Below, piece by piece: positions 61,047 through 64,000 of a stretch of 64,000 bases of DNA. Source of the DNA: Candidatus Latescibacterota bacterium. Its GTDB lineage: Bacteria; Latescibacterota; UBA2968. Position numbers and translations under genes: made by a program. Below the pieces are notes generated by a model. That model saw nothing but the letters and a program-made list of their open reading frames with translations, ran no database searches and was not told the DNA's origin. The stretch lies in the NCBI GenBank assembly GCA_965208125.1, contig OZ242320.1, forward strand, positions 4,896,001 through 4,960,000, in the 5' to 3' direction. Every line of letters starts with the position of its first letter. The first letter of the stretch is position 1.

Positions 61047-62307
61047 ACTTGGTGTGATCGCAGATGATCTCACAGGTGGGATGATGGTCGCGAGTTTGCT
61101 CGAAAGAGAAGGCGTGCGTTGTCCACTGGTAACATCTGGTGATGCACTCAATACACTCGATGACGATGCACAAGCTGTGGTCGTTGGACGAAAACTCCTG
61201 ATCCAACCCCCTGACGATGCCCGTGCCGATGCAAAACGCACGGCTGAAGCTCTGCTCGCCAAAGGTACGAAACAGATATACTACAAATACAGTGCGCTCT
61301 TTTCATCTACAGCACGTGGCAATATCGGGCCTGTGGCAGAAACGTTGATGGACTTGACCCAGGCCGACCACGTATTTTTTTGTCCCATCTGGAAAAACAC
61401 AACAATCTATCAAGGGCGGTTGTTTCTCGGGTCGATCATGCTACACGAATCACCGAGACGCAATGATCCTGTAACACCGATGACCAATTCCAATCTTGTT
61501 GAAGTACTACAGAAACAAAGTCAGGTCAAGGTTGGTCTTTTGCCATATCAAATTGTGGCGTCAGAAACAGACGCTTGCGAGAACTACATTTCAGAGCAGA
61601 AGGCCCTGGGCGTAAAGTTTTTTATTGTCGACGTGATTGATGAGTCGAATCTTGAGCAATTGGCAACACTGTCCAAGGATTTGCCGTTGAGCACTGGCGC
61701 AGATCTACTCCCTGTGATGCTTGCGCGCAACTGGCAGAGGGACAAAAAGAGCCAACCGAAAACATTACTGCCGCCTGCACCTGGTTATGAAGCCGTTATT
61801 TCTGGGAGTTGCACGGGAAAATCAGTCCGGCAACTTGCGCATTTCGAGCAAACGCATCCGGTGTTTCGCATTGACCTTTTAGAAGCAGCTCAAGACGCCA
61901 ACAGGGTTGACCGCATTGTCGAATGGGCAAAAGACCGATTAGAAAAAGGGCCTGTAGGTGTGGGTACCTCAACGGATCCTGAAGGCGTAAAAAGAGCCCA
62001 GGCGGAGCTCGGGCGCAAAGGCGCTGCAACACTTGCCGATAAGCTTCTGTCCAGTGTTGCCCAGCATTTCTATCAGCACGGTGTACGTAAATTTGTTGTG
62101 ATGGGGGGAGAAACATCAGGGGCCGTCATGGCATCTTTAGGTATAGAGCAAGTTTCGGTGGCGACATTCGACGTTCTCAACGGTGGTTATTGTCATAGTG
62201 CAGGGAGCGATCCATTGTCGTTGGTACTGAAAGCGGGCGGTGTTGGTGAAGACAACTTTATTCATACCGCCCTGGAGCAGATGCGTGAAGCAGACAAAAA
62301 CCAATAA
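61039..62307 (+). CDS. four-carbon acid sugar kinase family (DUF1537, OtnK-like)
   Basis: LGVIADDLTG, GNIGPV, TPMTNSNL, SGSC and GGETSG motifs. Confidence 0.88.
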   Translation: MLELGVIADDLTGGMMVASLLEREGVRCPLVTSGDALNTLDDDAQAVVVGRKLLIQPPDDARADAKRTAEALLAKGTKQIYYKYSALFSSTARGNIGPVAETLMDLTQADHVFFCPIWKNTTIYQGRLFLGSIMLHESPRRNDPVTPMTNSNLVEVLQKQSQVKVGLLPYQIVASETDACENYISEQKALGVKFFIVDVIDESNLEQLATLSKDLPLSTGADLLPVMLARNWQRDKKSQPKTLLPPAPGYEAVISGSCTGKSVRQLAHFEQTHPVFRIDLLEAAQDANRVDRIVEWAKDRLEKGPVGVGTSTDPEGVKRAQAELGRKGAATLADKLLSSVAQHFYQHGVRKFVVMGGETSGAVMASLGIEQVSVATFDVLNGGYCHSAGSDPLSLVLKAGGVGEDNFIHTALEQMREADKNQ

Positions 62308-62317
62308 AGGAATACAT

Positions 62318-62977
62318 ATGGAAGATGATCCCGTTTATGAAATGGCCTTACGCGAGCAATTGGTTTTTTATTATAAAAAAGTTGGAGAGCTTGGCTTAAA
62401 CGAAATGTCCTCTGGCAATCTGAGCGTCCGATTTGACGACAAAATGCTCATCTCTCCCAACCACGCAACCGCAGACAATATTACCACAGAAACGATTGTC
62501 AAAGCCACCTTCGACGGTGAGTATGAAGGCAACCGCAAACCCTCTTCGGAATCGCCCATGCATGGTGCCATCTATAAAAAGCACCCCGAAGCCGGAGCAG
62601 TGGTTCACACCCACTCCGATTACTGCGTTGCGGTATCGTGCCATGTGATGACCCTACCAGGCTTTCACTACCTCATGGGTGTGTTTGGCGGTAACGATGT
62701 GCCCTGTGTCCCTTATTCCACATTTGGCAGCCAATCGCTTGCCGAAGACGCATCCGAAGCACTCTATGACCGCACCGCGTGTCTCCTCGGAAACCACGGC
62801 ATGGTCTGCCACGGACCAACCTTAAAACGCGCTGTCAACCAGGCCTATCGTCTGGAAATCATGTGCCGACAATACGTGCTTTCCCGTCAGCTTGGCGAAC
62901 CAAAATATCTGACCGATGACGATTGGTACGCGTTTCACAACAGAGGCAAGGAAAACCAATACGGCAAAAACGGTTAA
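62318..62977 (+). CDS. class II aldolase/adducin family protein (FucA-like)
   Basis: SGNLS, PSSE, HTHS and GNHG zinc-binding motifs. Confidence 0.9.
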   Translation: MEDDPVYEMALREQLVFYYKKVGELGLNEMSSGNLSVRFDDKMLISPNHATADNITTETIVKATFDGEYEGNRKPSSESPMHGAIYKKHPEAGAVVHTHSDYCVAVSCHVMTLPGFHYLMGVFGGNDVPCVPYSTFGSQSLAEDASEALYDRTACLLGNHGMVCHGPTLKRAVNQAYRLEIMCRQYVLSRQLGEPKYLTDDDWYAFHNRGKENQYGKNG

Positions 62978-62978
62978 G

Positions 62979-63010
62979 AGAGAACGCAATAGATGCTTGC
63001 GTTTTCTTTC
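62979..63010. terminator. putative bidirectional terminator
   Basis: AGAGAACGCAA/TTGCGTTTTCT hairpin between convergent genes. Confidence 0.6.
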
Positions 63011-63011
63011 C

Positions 63012-64000
63012 CTACCTTCTCAAATCGCGATTAAACTTAAACATCACGTACCGGCCAATCGTGTTTCTCTCGCGTTGCAGCAAATAGTTCGTTTCGCTGA
63101 TCCGTTGAAAGCTCGTGTTCCTGTTCAACAAATCAAAACCTTGCAAACGAAACGAAGCTCTGCCCCCATCCAGGTAATAACTTATGCCTGCATGAATCAA
63201 GGGAATACTCACGGCTTCATCAAAACTTTTAGAATTAAAATTCGCCACATTGGCCTCCACCTCAAAATGCCACTGCTCTGTCGGTGTAAAACCAATGTCG
63301 GTATAATAGCTTGTGCTGAAAAAGACGTTGTCTTCAATAAGCGAAAAATTGGCATCTGTCACACTGATCGATCCCCCCAACATGATATCGAACTTCTCTT
63401 GTCTCCGATTTTCAAAATTGAGATCCAACGTGTGTACAAACACCGTCTGAATATTGTCTTCCCCATTGTGAACCGTTAAGCCTCTGCTCCAATTTTCACG
63501 CGCCTTTGCATTCACCTTAATGCCCAGGGCGCGTATCGGTGTTGAAAAGTCAACCAGTGCAGAAACCGTATAATGAGACGGCACATTGACCGGTGTCTGA
63601 TGCTGTGTAAAATCGTCATTGATTGTCTGCGACCAGCTGATCTTATCCTTTGTATATCCAGCGCTGAGTCGGGTAAATAAAGACGTAAATGAAAAATGAT
63701 CGAATACCGACCATGTAAGGAACACATTGTGACGGTATTCCGGCACCAGATTGAGATTGCCCTGATAAATCGACAGGCGATTGGTCGTATTGGCAACCGG
63801 CAAAAGCTGACCAATCGCAGGCATGTTGACACTTGAGTTGTACCGCAATTGAGTGCGCCGACCTTCACGGTAGTTATTGCTATAACTTAACCGAGGCAGA
63901 AAATAAAAATAATCTGATTTACCAACTGAGCGATTATCTTGCACCTTGTCAAACTGACGCCAGCTTGTGCCAAGCGTCATATTAAATTGACCATTGCTCG
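63012..64000 (-). CDS. outer membrane beta-barrel protein (TonB-receptor-like, Bacteroidota-type), 5' end outside the window
   Basis: GNLNLVPEY, FDLLNRN and GRYVMF; alternating aromatic/polar strands; frame open to the window edge. Confidence 0.75.
   Translation of the reverse strand, partial: SNGQFNMTLGTSWRQFDKVQDNRSVGKSDYFYFLPRLSYSNNYREGRRTQLRYNSSVNMPAIGQLLPVANTTNRLSIYQGNLNLVPEYRHNVFLTWSVFDHFSFTSLFTRLSAGYTKDKISWSQTINDDFTQHQTPVNVPSHYTVSALVDFSTPIRALGIKVNAKARENWSRGLTVHNGEDNIQTVFVHTLDLNFENRRQEKFDIMLGGSISVTDANFSLIEDNVFFSTSYYTDIGFTPTEQWHFEVEANVANFNSKSFDEAVSIPLIHAGISYYLDGGRASFRLQGFDLLNRNTSFQRISETNYLLQRERNTIGRYVMFKFNRDLRR

Noticed and set aside
1-64000. CRISPR array, IS/transposase, integrase, prophage, rRNA
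   Set aside because: No spaced 25-45 nt repeats and no recognisable mobile-element or rRNA sequence seen

Overview
Bacterial chromosomal window with about 45 CDSs and two tRNAs (Gly-CCC, Arg-CCT). The gene content suggests a Gram-negative organism, probably of the FCB group (Latescibacterota/Gemmatimonadota-like); this taxonomy is an inference only. The housekeeping backbone includes mutL-miaA-tRNA-Gly, metH, pyk-tamA-tamB, sppA, a GldA/F/G-like ABC system with DUF4340, mobA, pgi and acyP-apt-tRNA-Arg. Accessory parts include: (i) an AsnB-like amide ligase divergent from a DUF362-Sfp PPTase-[Zn-ribbon ABC exporter x2]-DUF1854 run; (ii) an intact VapC toxin whose antitoxin survives only as an 18-codon remnant; (iii) tandem-duplicated TonB-dependent receptors; (iv) a translationally coupled GH88-DUF547-Pgi-ArsS radical SAM block; (v) a C-rich catabolic patchwork after tRNA-Arg (sulfatase, NIPSNAP, TPP enzyme, PhyH, divergent DUF1537 kinase plus FucA-like aldolase). 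Other signals are a promoter-driven structured leader before mutL, a MutL with its endonuclease metal motifs altered, two unannotated small ORFs, and 7-8 nt tandem repeats sitting on stop codons. I saw no CRISPR array, rRNA, integrase or transposase. All family calls come from motif recognition by eye; no database searches were run.
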